Source: Candidatus Hermodarchaeota archaeon (lineage in GTDB: Archaea > Asgardarchaeota > Hermodarchaeia > Hermodarchaeales > Hermodarchaeaceae). From it: a stretch of 20,812 nucleotides of DNA. Every line of letters starts with the position of its first letter. The first letter of the stretch is position 1. The stretch spans positions 1 through 20,812 of the forward strand of contig JAEOTB010000009.1 of NCBI GenBank assembly GCA_016840065.1. The letters are read 5' to 3'. A model generated the notes under the pieces. It was not told the DNA's origin. It did not search any database and worked only from the letters and a program-made list of their open reading frames with translations. This document shows positions 1 through 7,604 of the stretch, piece after piece. The position numbers and the translations under genes are program-made.

Positions 1-780
1 CAGGGAGGAATTAACATTCACGGCCTCTGCGTTGATGGAAACGGCCTTCCAGGGGTGTCATTGAACCCTTACCCTGAAAGAGACCGCTTTTACGGACCAC
101 TTATGGCTGCGGTGCTCTGGGAATGCTCTACCGTCGACGAGGTCATTACCTGGTTCCAGACCCATTATCTAGGCTCTTACTGGTCTGGACAACTTCCCTT
201 CGCTGATGCCTCAGGTGACGCAGTTGTAGTGAGTGTTGATACAGATGGGGAATTTGCTTTTACACGGATTGGAAGTGCCAACTATCTGGTGTCTACAAAC
301 TTCAACCTTGTCAACCATGATAATGGATGGTATCCCTGTTGGCGCTATGAAACCGCGACACTGATGCTTGGTGGCCTCACACAGGAGGATGATTTGACCA
401 TGGAAGCGTGTCGAGACGTCCTCGACGCTGTGCATCAGGAGGGCACCTACGCCACAAAATATAGCAATGTCTTCGATCTTATCACACGAACCATCTATCT
501 ATGGGAGCCTGAACGGAGGGGGTTCGACGAAATGGTGACCCTTGACCTCTATACGGAGTTGGCACAGGTGGTTCCCGGAGCGCCAGGGGTTTCTATTGAA
601 CCAGGGCTTTATGGGCTCCTTGTCAAGACCACGAGGATAACAGATCTCTTTGATTTATCGACAACGACAACCCCGCCTCCTTCTGGGGTTGAAATAGTGG
701 GTCTCACCCTTGCAACAGTACTAGTTTGTGGTCCTGTTGCAGCCACTAGTATCGCTCTGATTAGAAAGAGAAGAAGTTAA
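1..780 (+). CDS. Membrane-anchored Ntn-hydrolase (choloylglycine hydrolase / C45 acyltransferase-like), 5'-truncated by the window edge
   Basis: Frame 1 is open from base 1 (QGGINIHGLCVDGN, resembling the family GxNExGL motif). Also present: FADASGDAVVV, STNF, CWRY and GTYATKYSNVFDL. It ends in a TTTTPPP linker, a hydrophobic helix and a basic tail (RKRRS). The catalytic N-terminal residue would lie outside the window. Confidence 0.75.
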   Translation, partial: QGGINIHGLCVDGNGLPGVSLNPYPERDRFYGPLMAAVLWECSTVDEVITWFQTHYLGSYWSGQLPFADASGDAVVVSVDTDGEFAFTRIGSANYLVSTNFNLVNHDNGWYPCWRYETATLMLGGLTQEDDLTMEACRDVLDAVHQEGTYATKYSNVFDLITRTIYLWEPERRGFDEMVTLDLYTELAQVVPGAPGVSIEPGLYGLLVKTTRITDLFDLSTTTTPPPSGVEIVGLTLATVLVCGPVAATSIALIRKRRS

Positions 781-818
781 TGAGGAGTTTGAAACACACA
801 TAGCCTTTAACACAACAA

Positions 819-1796
819 CTAGGCTAGCATTGAACCATACAGTCGTTGCGCGTTACCCCAGTAGAGGTCTTTTAGAACAGGAATGGGAAGGTCTAGCCCA
901 TTGATGAATGTTCCACCAGTAGCCTCCGTATCTGCGTCAGGAAAGGGAAGGGGAACATCACGTTTGTCTGTCTCCCATAGTATTCTCTGTGCAAGGACCC
1001 TGACGAAGTAGGGTGATTCTCCAGTAGGTTTAGACGATTCTCTGAAAATTCCATCGGTTCCGAAGAGTATCCGCTTTGAGTATTTCATCAAGAAGTCTCG
1101 GGCTCGCTTGGGGTCTTTGCTTAACTCGCGAGCCATCCATCGTGATGAGGCTGTATCGACTACAAAGTTTGGGTATTTGTCAAACCACGAAGCAAGGCGG
1201 GGGAGTCGTTGTATCTCGGGTTGTGCCCCGAAATGGGCGAGTTGGAACTTTAACCCTGGATACTTCCGAATGAGGTATTCCAACTGGTCTAGGTGATCTT
1301 CTTTTGTTCCGTAGATTGAGGAATCACTGTATGTTGTGGCGAAGAAGGTATCTGGATCCCCAACGTGAATCAATAGTGGATGACCTTCTTCCTCAAGTTT
1401 TTCAAAGATTGGCTCAAGCCGTGGGTTTCTGAGATTCATAGGTTCTGCCTTGCTGCCTACAAAATCGCGGCTGCGGGGTGCAAACCACACCTTCGCTAGC
1501 GAGAACCCATCTGCCTCCATCTCTCCGATTTCTTGGACTACCTCCTTAATCCTGTAAGCGAACAGGCTTCGCATTGACAAGTACTTAGCAAAGACGAATC
1601 GACCCGGGAACCTTTCTGTAACAACATCACGAATATCTTTCTGGTGAATGATAATTAGCTGTCCACTCACACTCAGTGCCTCTTCAACCGCTACCATCTC
1701 CTCCATGTAGCCATCCCATGAATGTGTGTGAGCATCGAAGATTGGACCCTTGAATTTCCAGTCATATTCCATAGGGCGGAACAGAGAGATTGCCAT
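819..1796 (-). CDS. Amidohydrolase_2-family metal-dependent TIM-barrel hydrolase
   Basis: Metal-ligand motifs DAHTH, LLIHVGDP, LAHFG and ILFGTD. The start is uncertain (ATG at 1796 or 1772; the track's 1868 extends into the divergent promoter region). Confidence 0.85.
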   Translation of the reverse strand: MAISLFRPMEYDWKFKGPIFDAHTHSWDGYMEEMVAVEEALSVSGQLIIIHQKDIRDVVTERFPGRFVFAKYLSMRSLFAYRIKEVVQEIGEMEADGFSLAKVWFAPRSRDFVGSKAEPMNLRNPRLEPIFEKLEEEGHPLLIHVGDPDTFFATTYSDSSIYGTKEDHLDQLEYLIRKYPGLKFQLAHFGAQPEIQRLPRLASWFDKYPNFVVDTASSRWMARELSKDPKRARDFLMKYSKRILFGTDGIFRESSKPTGESPYFVRVLAQRILWETDKRDVPLPFPDADTEATGGTFINGLDLPIPVLKDLYWGNAQRLYGSMLA

Positions 1797-1927
1797 TGAA
1801 AAAGATTCGTGTATAACTATCAAGTAACCCAGTAAACCGATTGGGTTTACAACTCTTGCCTCTTTCATTGAATTTTTAACAGATGTTCATGGGTGCTAGA
1901 TGACTGCTGTAGTGTGGGGAATACAAG

Positions 1928-3934
1928 ATGAAGTACCAGATTACATACTATATTGATTCTACTAGCTCACCTGAGAGTGAGCGGATACTCCAGATTTTCG
2001 AGGAAAATAGAGAGGCACCAGCAAAGTTTCTTGATGATGTAGCAGAGTTCATCCGAACTGGTGACCTAGAAGATGAAACAGCGTTCTGTACAGCTATGAC
2101 AATATTGTGGCTGGGCAAGCGATTCAATCTCCTCTACGAATTGGGCGACCAGTACCAAAACCAGTTTCCATCTGCTGTGATATTTACGGATGATTATTTC
2201 AACGGAAAGGTGGGTCCTGACCGGTACATCAGGAAAGTAAACGACATCAAAGCCCACGCAATGGAGATTGGTAGCCCTTACATCTACACCTATGTGACGT
2301 TCCTGCAGATGAACAGATATCGATACTTTGGTCGATTCCAGGAGATTTTCGAGTTATACGATAACCTCGTAGAATATGCCCAGAAGAATGGTGGCGACAC
2401 ACTGGTTAATGTAGCAACGCGTGGTCTTTTCCTCGTATGTTGGGCTTGCAGGAGTGTAGGGCAATTCGGGAGGGGAATTCGCGAGGGAAAGCGATTAGTG
2501 AAGCTAGCTCGTGAGCAACAGGATATTCTAGCTGAAGCCGTTGCGCTTAACGCCTTGGGAGTCTCCTACAGCCCACTAGGTCGATGGGAGGAAAGTATAG
2601 AGTGTTTCAAGCTCATGCTTCCAATTCTGGAGGAGATACACGATTTCATTGGCAAGTCCGCGTCTCTCAACAACACGGGCTATGTACTCATGTTCACAGG
2701 TAGATATGAAGAAGCAGAGAAGTATCTTCTAGAAGCTTTGGAGGTCAGGGAGAAGACCGGTGCAGTGATTCATGAGATATTACACTCTCTTGGCGAACTA
2801 TATCTATACATGGGCAAGCTGGATAAGGCGTTGAAAAATGCTGAGCGGGCCTATGAGCTTCTACCCAAAGAGGACACAATTGCTGCGTTCTATCCTGCGC
2901 TTCTTGCTCATGTCCTTACCGACCTTGGACAATTGGAAAAGGCTGATCGGTATGTTGAAGAGATACGCATTGGTGCCAAGTCTAGAAGTTCTGATTTTGA
3001 GATGATACAGTTCTACCATTGCAAAGGTTTGTTGGAGGAGAAGCGGGGTAATCTTGGTGATGCGGAGAAGGCTTTCATTGATGCTCTTTACCTTGCAGAC
3101 AGTTTAGGCTTGACACGGGACTGTGTTCGGAGCCGAGTAAGCCTTGCTAAGATACTCGCGGACCGATACAGACTTACTGGAAAGACTGAACATTTAGACC
3201 ATGCTCTAGAGGAGATGCAGCTCGCAGAGACGCTCTGCAACGAAGCTAACCTCGATGCAATGGCAACGGAAATCAAACTAATACGAGGTATAATAGACAT
3301 CCTAAAAGAGAGATTCGACGAGGCGAAGGAGATACTTGAGGAGGGGCTAGAACGTAGCCGACAGGGTGACCTCCCTCTCGTAAAGGATTTCGAGTTCTAC
3401 CTCAAAGAAGTTAATCGTCGAGCACCATCTGAGAAGGTAAGAGAGGGGATATTCAAGAGGATTCTAGGTGGAATTAGGAGGATTTTCCACGCTCAAGCAC
3501 CTAGCAAGGCTCGAAGAGAGAAACCAGTGCAGATACTTGGATGCCTAGTGATTTCCCGGCGCCATTCCACCCCAGTCTTCTCGCATCTGGAAAAGGATCG
3601 GTTCAAGTTTGACTCAGTACTCATGGGTGGACTCATAACTGCGGTGGAGATGTTCACAAGTCAATTGTCAAAAGGAGCTGAGGGCAGACTCCAATCAATC
3701 GTCCATGAACAAGTAGTCATCTTGCTAGAACATGATGAGAGCTTCGTATACGCCATTCTCGCCGACCAGAACGCGTACATTGTTCGTGCCTTAGCAAAGC
3801 GCCTGGCTTCGATGTTCAGTGATAAATTCGATCATGTTGTGAGTGATCCTAGCTGGAACCGAGACCTGAAGGAATTCGATGGTGCAGAAGGACTCTACTC
3901 TGAAGCACTCACATCCATGTCTTTAGCACCATGA
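1928..3934 (+). CDS. TPR-repeat protein with a C-terminal longin-like domain (paralog A)
   Basis: TPR-like repeats (ALNALGVSYSPLGRWEESIECF, SLNNTGYVLMFTGRYEEAEKYLLEAL, ILHSLGELYLYMGKLDKAL, KGLLEEKRGNLGDAEKAF). The C-terminal ~135 aa (3524-3931) has a beta-beta-alpha-beta-beta-beta-alpha pattern with DSVLMGGLITAVEMFTSQL...LQSIVHEQVVILLE, typical of Asgard longin-like domains. Confidence 0.85.
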   Translation: MKYQITYYIDSTSSPESERILQIFEENREAPAKFLDDVAEFIRTGDLEDETAFCTAMTILWLGKRFNLLYELGDQYQNQFPSAVIFTDDYFNGKVGPDRYIRKVNDIKAHAMEIGSPYIYTYVTFLQMNRYRYFGRFQEIFELYDNLVEYAQKNGGDTLVNVATRGLFLVCWACRSVGQFGRGIREGKRLVKLAREQQDILAEAVALNALGVSYSPLGRWEESIECFKLMLPILEEIHDFIGKSASLNNTGYVLMFTGRYEEAEKYLLEALEVREKTGAVIHEILHSLGELYLYMGKLDKALKNAERAYELLPKEDTIAAFYPALLAHVLTDLGQLEKADRYVEEIRIGAKSRSSDFEMIQFYHCKGLLEEKRGNLGDAEKAFIDALYLADSLGLTRDCVRSRVSLAKILADRYRLTGKTEHLDHALEEMQLAETLCNEANLDAMATEIKLIRGIIDILKERFDEAKEILEEGLERSRQGDLPLVKDFEFYLKEVNRRAPSEKVREGIFKRILGGIRRIFHAQAPSKARREKPVQILGCLVISRRHSTPVFSHLEKDRFKFDSVLMGGLITAVEMFTSQLSKGAEGRLQSIVHEQVVILLEHDESFVYAILADQNAYIVRALAKRLASMFSDKFDHVVSDPSWNRDLKEFDGAEGLYSEALTSMSLAP

Positions 3935-3994
3935 TTCAGCTCTTCGTGCGGTTCTGAATGGGAGAGCAGATACGAGCAGTCTTTAGCCGCTTTA

Positions 3995-4009
3995 GAAAGG
4001 GTTTAGAAG
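3995..4009 (+). promoter_or_regulatory. Putative BRE + degenerate TATA promoter of paralog B
   Basis: GAAAGGGTTTAGAAG ends about 33 nt upstream of ATG 4042. A 14/15 identical copy (GAAAGGCTTTAGAAG) lies at 17599-17613 in another intergenic region. Confidence 0.45.
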
Positions 4010-4041
4010 AACTGAAAGAGAGTTGTCGTGCGGGAATAGAA

Positions 4042-6051
4042 ATGGAGTTTCAAATTTCTTCTTATCTTGGTCCGAACCAGTCACCAGATGCTCAGGAAAT
4101 CCGCCGTATTTATGAGGAGAACAAGGATAGCCCGGTACGATTTCTAGAAGAGCTAGTGGATTTCTTCAAAGGCGGTAACGTCCAAGATGAGGCTATGTTC
4201 TTCGCTGGGTTAACACTTGTTTTTCTCCCTCAATGGAATGACATCGGATTTCAGCTTGCTCAGCAGTATAGTGAACGGTTTCCCTCCATGATGATAAATA
4301 CTCAAGAATATTTCCAGGGAAATGATATTAACTTTGATCAATACATTGAGGCAGTGAAGCAAGCTAAGTCACATGCTTTAGAGATTGGCAGCCCACGACT
4401 CTTTGTTTTCATCACACTAAACTCAATGGTGCGGCTACTCCGGTTTGGTAAGTTTGAAGAAATTGTGATGACATTCGAAAGCCTCCAAGATTTTGCTCAG
4501 AAACACAAAGAACAGGATATCACACTAGTAAGTCTTGCAAAAAGGTGCCTTTGGAGCGCTGGTTGGGCGTCTTATTTTATGGGTGATTATGAAAGGGCGT
4601 TGGAACGGTCAGAGGAATTAATTTCGCTAGCAAGGGAAGAGCAAGATCCCTTCTTTGAAGGGCATGCCCTTGTCGCTAAAGGAGCAGCAAGTTCTCCATT
4701 ATGCAGGTGGCAAGATTCGCTAGAGAGTAACGAACGAGCAATCCCGTTAAAGGAAGCAGTAGGAGACACGGCTGGACTGGCAGCGACCCTTAATAACACA
4801 GCTGGCTCCTTGATGATTCTCGGTAGATATACCGAAGCGGAAAAGTACCTCCTTGAAGCGCTGGAAATCAGAGAGAAAACGGGATTGAACGCATGGCAGA
4901 TTCTCCACAATCTAGGAGAACTTTGTTTATTCTTAGGCAAACTGAATGAAGCAAGGAGCTTTGCTGAGAAGGCATACGCTCTCCTCCCAAGAAGAGGTAT
5001 ACCATCCCCTAGTGTTTCTGATCTTCTTGCCCGTATTCTAATTGAGGAGGAGAACTTGGACCATGTAGGAAAGTACCTAGAAGAGCTGCGCACTTGGTCT
5101 GAGGCGCGAGGTTCAAAGAGCGAAACGGCCCAGTATCATCTTTGTAGGGGCTTATTTGAGGAGAAACGCGGGAATCTAAGTGAAGCCGAGGAAGCTTTCT
5201 CCACTGCGCTCTACATCGCTGATTCCCTTGGAGTCATCGATATCATCGTGCGATGCCGTGTAAGCTTAGCAGAGGTTCTTGTTGCGAGGTTTAGAATAAC
5301 TCAGAAAAAGGAATACCTGCATCAATCTCTTGAGGAGCTGCAGCTAGCTGAGGTTCTCTGCAACGAAGCTAACCTCGAAGCTCTATCAACCGAGATAAAA
5401 CTCCTTCAAGGCATAATTGCTATCCTGGATGAACGGTACGAAGAAGCGAAAGAGGTTCTCGAGAGGGGGCTGCAGGAAAGCCGAAGGAGCGGCTACCCAC
5501 TGACAAAGGATTTTGAAAACTACCTCCAAGAGGCTAGACACCGTTCTCCAACTGAGAAGGTGAAGGAGAGCATCTTCAGGCGAATCATTCGCGGCATACG
5601 AAGAGTTCTCAACTGGCAAGCTCCAAGCACGCCCAGTAGGGTTCCTGTGAAAATCCTTGGGTGTATTATCATATCGCGGCGCCATGCTACCCCGGTCTTT
5701 TCACACCTTGAGGAGGGGCGTTTCAGGTTTGACTCGGTCCTGATGGGAGGGTTGATTACGGCGGTCGAGATGTTCACTAGCTCGCTTGCTAAGGAGGAAA
5801 GAGGCCGGTTACAATCAATAATACACGAGCAAATAGTCATCCTCCTAGAGCATGATGAGAGCTTCGTTTACGCAATACTTTCCGACAAGAGTGCCTATGT
5901 AGCCAGAGCACTAGCAAAGCGCCTCGCTTCAATGTTCAGCGAAAAATACGACCACATAGTACGTAATCCTACCTGGAATCATGATGTGAGCCAGTTCGAA
6001 GGAGCAGATGAACTCTTTACAGAAGCCCTGACATCGATGCAACTAGCCTAA
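4042..6051 (+). CDS. TPR-repeat protein with a C-terminal longin-like domain (paralog B)
   Basis: Collinear with paralog A over its full length. MEFQISSY at 4042 aligns with MKYQITYY, so 4042 is preferred over the track's 3958. The longin-like domain spans 5644-6048. Confidence 0.85.
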   Translation: MEFQISSYLGPNQSPDAQEIRRIYEENKDSPVRFLEELVDFFKGGNVQDEAMFFAGLTLVFLPQWNDIGFQLAQQYSERFPSMMINTQEYFQGNDINFDQYIEAVKQAKSHALEIGSPRLFVFITLNSMVRLLRFGKFEEIVMTFESLQDFAQKHKEQDITLVSLAKRCLWSAGWASYFMGDYERALERSEELISLAREEQDPFFEGHALVAKGAASSPLCRWQDSLESNERAIPLKEAVGDTAGLAATLNNTAGSLMILGRYTEAEKYLLEALEIREKTGLNAWQILHNLGELCLFLGKLNEARSFAEKAYALLPRRGIPSPSVSDLLARILIEEENLDHVGKYLEELRTWSEARGSKSETAQYHLCRGLFEEKRGNLSEAEEAFSTALYIADSLGVIDIIVRCRVSLAEVLVARFRITQKKEYLHQSLEELQLAEVLCNEANLEALSTEIKLLQGIIAILDERYEEAKEVLERGLQESRRSGYPLTKDFENYLQEARHRSPTEKVKESIFRRIIRGIRRVLNWQAPSTPSRVPVKILGCIIISRRHATPVFSHLEEGRFRFDSVLMGGLITAVEMFTSSLAKEERGRLQSIIHEQIVILLEHDESFVYAILSDKSAYVARALAKRLASMFSEKYDHIVRNPTWNHDVSQFEGADELFTEALTSMQLA

Positions 6052-7472
6052 GCCGTTTCATCATGCCTTGCTCTTTCAGCTATTGCAGCCCTCTTTTCCT
6101 CATGCAGCTTCTTTAGTTGCTCCTGCATCTTCTTGAGCCGTTCACCGTGTAGTGGATAGTAGTATATGAAAATCAAGCTTATTGCAACAACCACAGCAGG
6201 AACCAGGATGAACAGGAGTTTTATCCCAAAGAACGCTGAGTCTGGTTGGACTGAGATAGCTCCATCTTGGACGTAACCAAATGTTGTTAGAATCACTGTG
6301 GCAATAATCGGGCCAATACTTGCCGCGGGCTTCGTCACAAGCGACATGGATCCTACGAACATTCCTTCTCTCCGAGAACCATGGAGGACCTCGTCCTCAT
6401 CAACGGCGAGAAACTGCATTGGAATCTGAAAGACACCATATCCTCCAAGGATATAGTAAAGAATCAACCGAACCCAGATTAGTGACTCTAGAGGCCCAGG
6501 AGGAAGGATTGGGAACAATAAGACAACCGAAGCTATGACTCGCATGATTCCGAATCTTAGGATAGTTTTGCGCATACCCCACCTTCTCTCAAGCCTGATA
6601 GCGATGAGATACGAGCCTAAAGTCCCAAAGAAATAGATGATGAAGAAGTAAAGCAAGACACTAAGTCCAGGAGTGATTTTCTCTAGTAAAAGAATGTAAA
6701 TGAAGAAGTAGCTAAGACCAATATTGGTGAGAAGAACCTGACAGAAATAGAAGCCCGAGTATATTAGGAATGTTCGCGACTTGAACGTCGTCTTGAGAGA
6801 CTCCCTCAGGGTGAAAACTTCATCTTGACTGAACTCGGGTCTCTCCTTGCTAAGGAAGGCTGTTAGCAAGAGGAAGATAGTAGAGATTATAGCAGGAATG
6901 AACATGAACCATCTGAAAACATCAGAGTTGGGTGGTATGTCTCCTAGAATAATTAAGGGAGGGAGGATAGTGAGCAATCCTATCAAACTAGAGAGGAACT
7001 GGGCTTTATTCCGTGTGTCAATAGACTGGGTCATCTCGGGGAGAATGGCCAGCCAAGCGACTAGAACGAGAGTGAGCATGGTATCAAACAAGCAGATTGT
7101 CAGAACATAATGGAGGAAAATGATAATCTGGTAATTAAGGCTCAAAGGCTGAATAACGGGGGTCCAGGGGAACCATACGAGCAGGAAGGTCAGAGCCCAA
7201 ACGGGTCCCCCATACTTGATGTATACAATCCGTCTGCTGCCCCACCTCTCCCTGTTTGTACGATCAGAAAGCTGTCCCGACAATGGGTCATTCAGGGCAT
7301 TAACAGTCATGTAGATTACTTGACCAACAATGAAGAGAAACGGCCATAATTGCAAGTCATCGTAGAAGAACTCGACGTATTTTAGCGAGAATATGAAGGC
7401 TAGTAGCCCAGTGGGGACTGCGCCAAGGGCCCAGCCGAAGATGTTTCGGGTACGAATCTTTTCAGAGGTCAT
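6048..7472 (-). CDS. MFS transporter, glycoside-pentoside-hexuronide (MFS_2 / MelB-like) family
   Basis: NALNDPLSGQLSDRT..RWGSRR, PEMTQSIDTR, VDEDEVLHGSRREG and YYYPL motifs, with about 12 hydrophobic segments. ATG 7472 (MTSEK) is preferred over the track's TTG 7553. Confidence 0.9.
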   Translation of the reverse strand: MTSEKIRTRNIFGWALGAVPTGLLAFIFSLKYVEFFYDDLQLWPFLFIVGQVIYMTVNALNDPLSGQLSDRTNRERWGSRRIVYIKYGGPVWALTFLLVWFPWTPVIQPLSLNYQIIIFLHYVLTICLFDTMLTLVLVAWLAILPEMTQSIDTRNKAQFLSSLIGLLTILPPLIILGDIPPNSDVFRWFMFIPAIISTIFLLLTAFLSKERPEFSQDEVFTLRESLKTTFKSRTFLIYSGFYFCQVLLTNIGLSYFFIYILLLEKITPGLSVLLYFFIIYFFGTLGSYLIAIRLERRWGMRKTILRFGIMRVIASVVLLFPILPPGPLESLIWVRLILYYILGGYGVFQIPMQFLAVDEDEVLHGSRREGMFVGSMSLVTKPAASIGPIIATVILTTFGYVQDGAISVQPDSAFFGIKLLFILVPAVVVAISLIFIYYYPLHGERLKKMQEQLKKLHEEKRAAIAERARHDETA

Positions 7473-7543
7473 AGCTTTCTCTCTAATAACCAAAATATCT
7501 TGTTTATTTTGATTCAGCTTGAACAAGGTTTTCCAGAAAGGAA

Positions 7544-7604
7544 TAGATACCAATCAGTTAGTCGACTAATAGAGTTCGAGTTTAGATACCAATCAGTTTG
7601 TCGA
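7544..7604. repeat. 22-bp direct repeat with one mismatch and a 39-bp period, duplicating the 3' end of cobB
   Basis: TAGATACCAATCAGTTAGTCGA (7544-7565) versus TAGATACCAATCAGTTTGTCGA (7583-7604). Confidence 0.85.

Noticed and set aside
3932-3934. TGA stops (here and at 8781-8783) as possible selenocysteine or read-through, fusing the paralogs
   Set aside because: Both fall at the expected C-termini. Read-through from paralog A reaches a TAG before paralog B and is in a different frame.
3958-4041. N-terminal extension of paralog B, or a small signalling-peptide gene between the paralogs
   Set aside because: The paralog alignment and shared leader place the start at 4042. I found no short ORF with a signal-peptide-like sequence, so a cognate RRNPP-type peptide gene is unsupported.
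1928-6051. TPR proteins as STAND/Avs, CHAT-protease or HTH-type defence or regulatory proteins
   Set aside because: No Walker A/B motifs, caspase-like His/Cys motifs, nuclease motifs or recognisable HTH.
7544-7604. Mini CRISPR array
   Set aside because: There are only two copies with a 17-bp gap, one copy is cobB coding sequence, and no cas genes are present.
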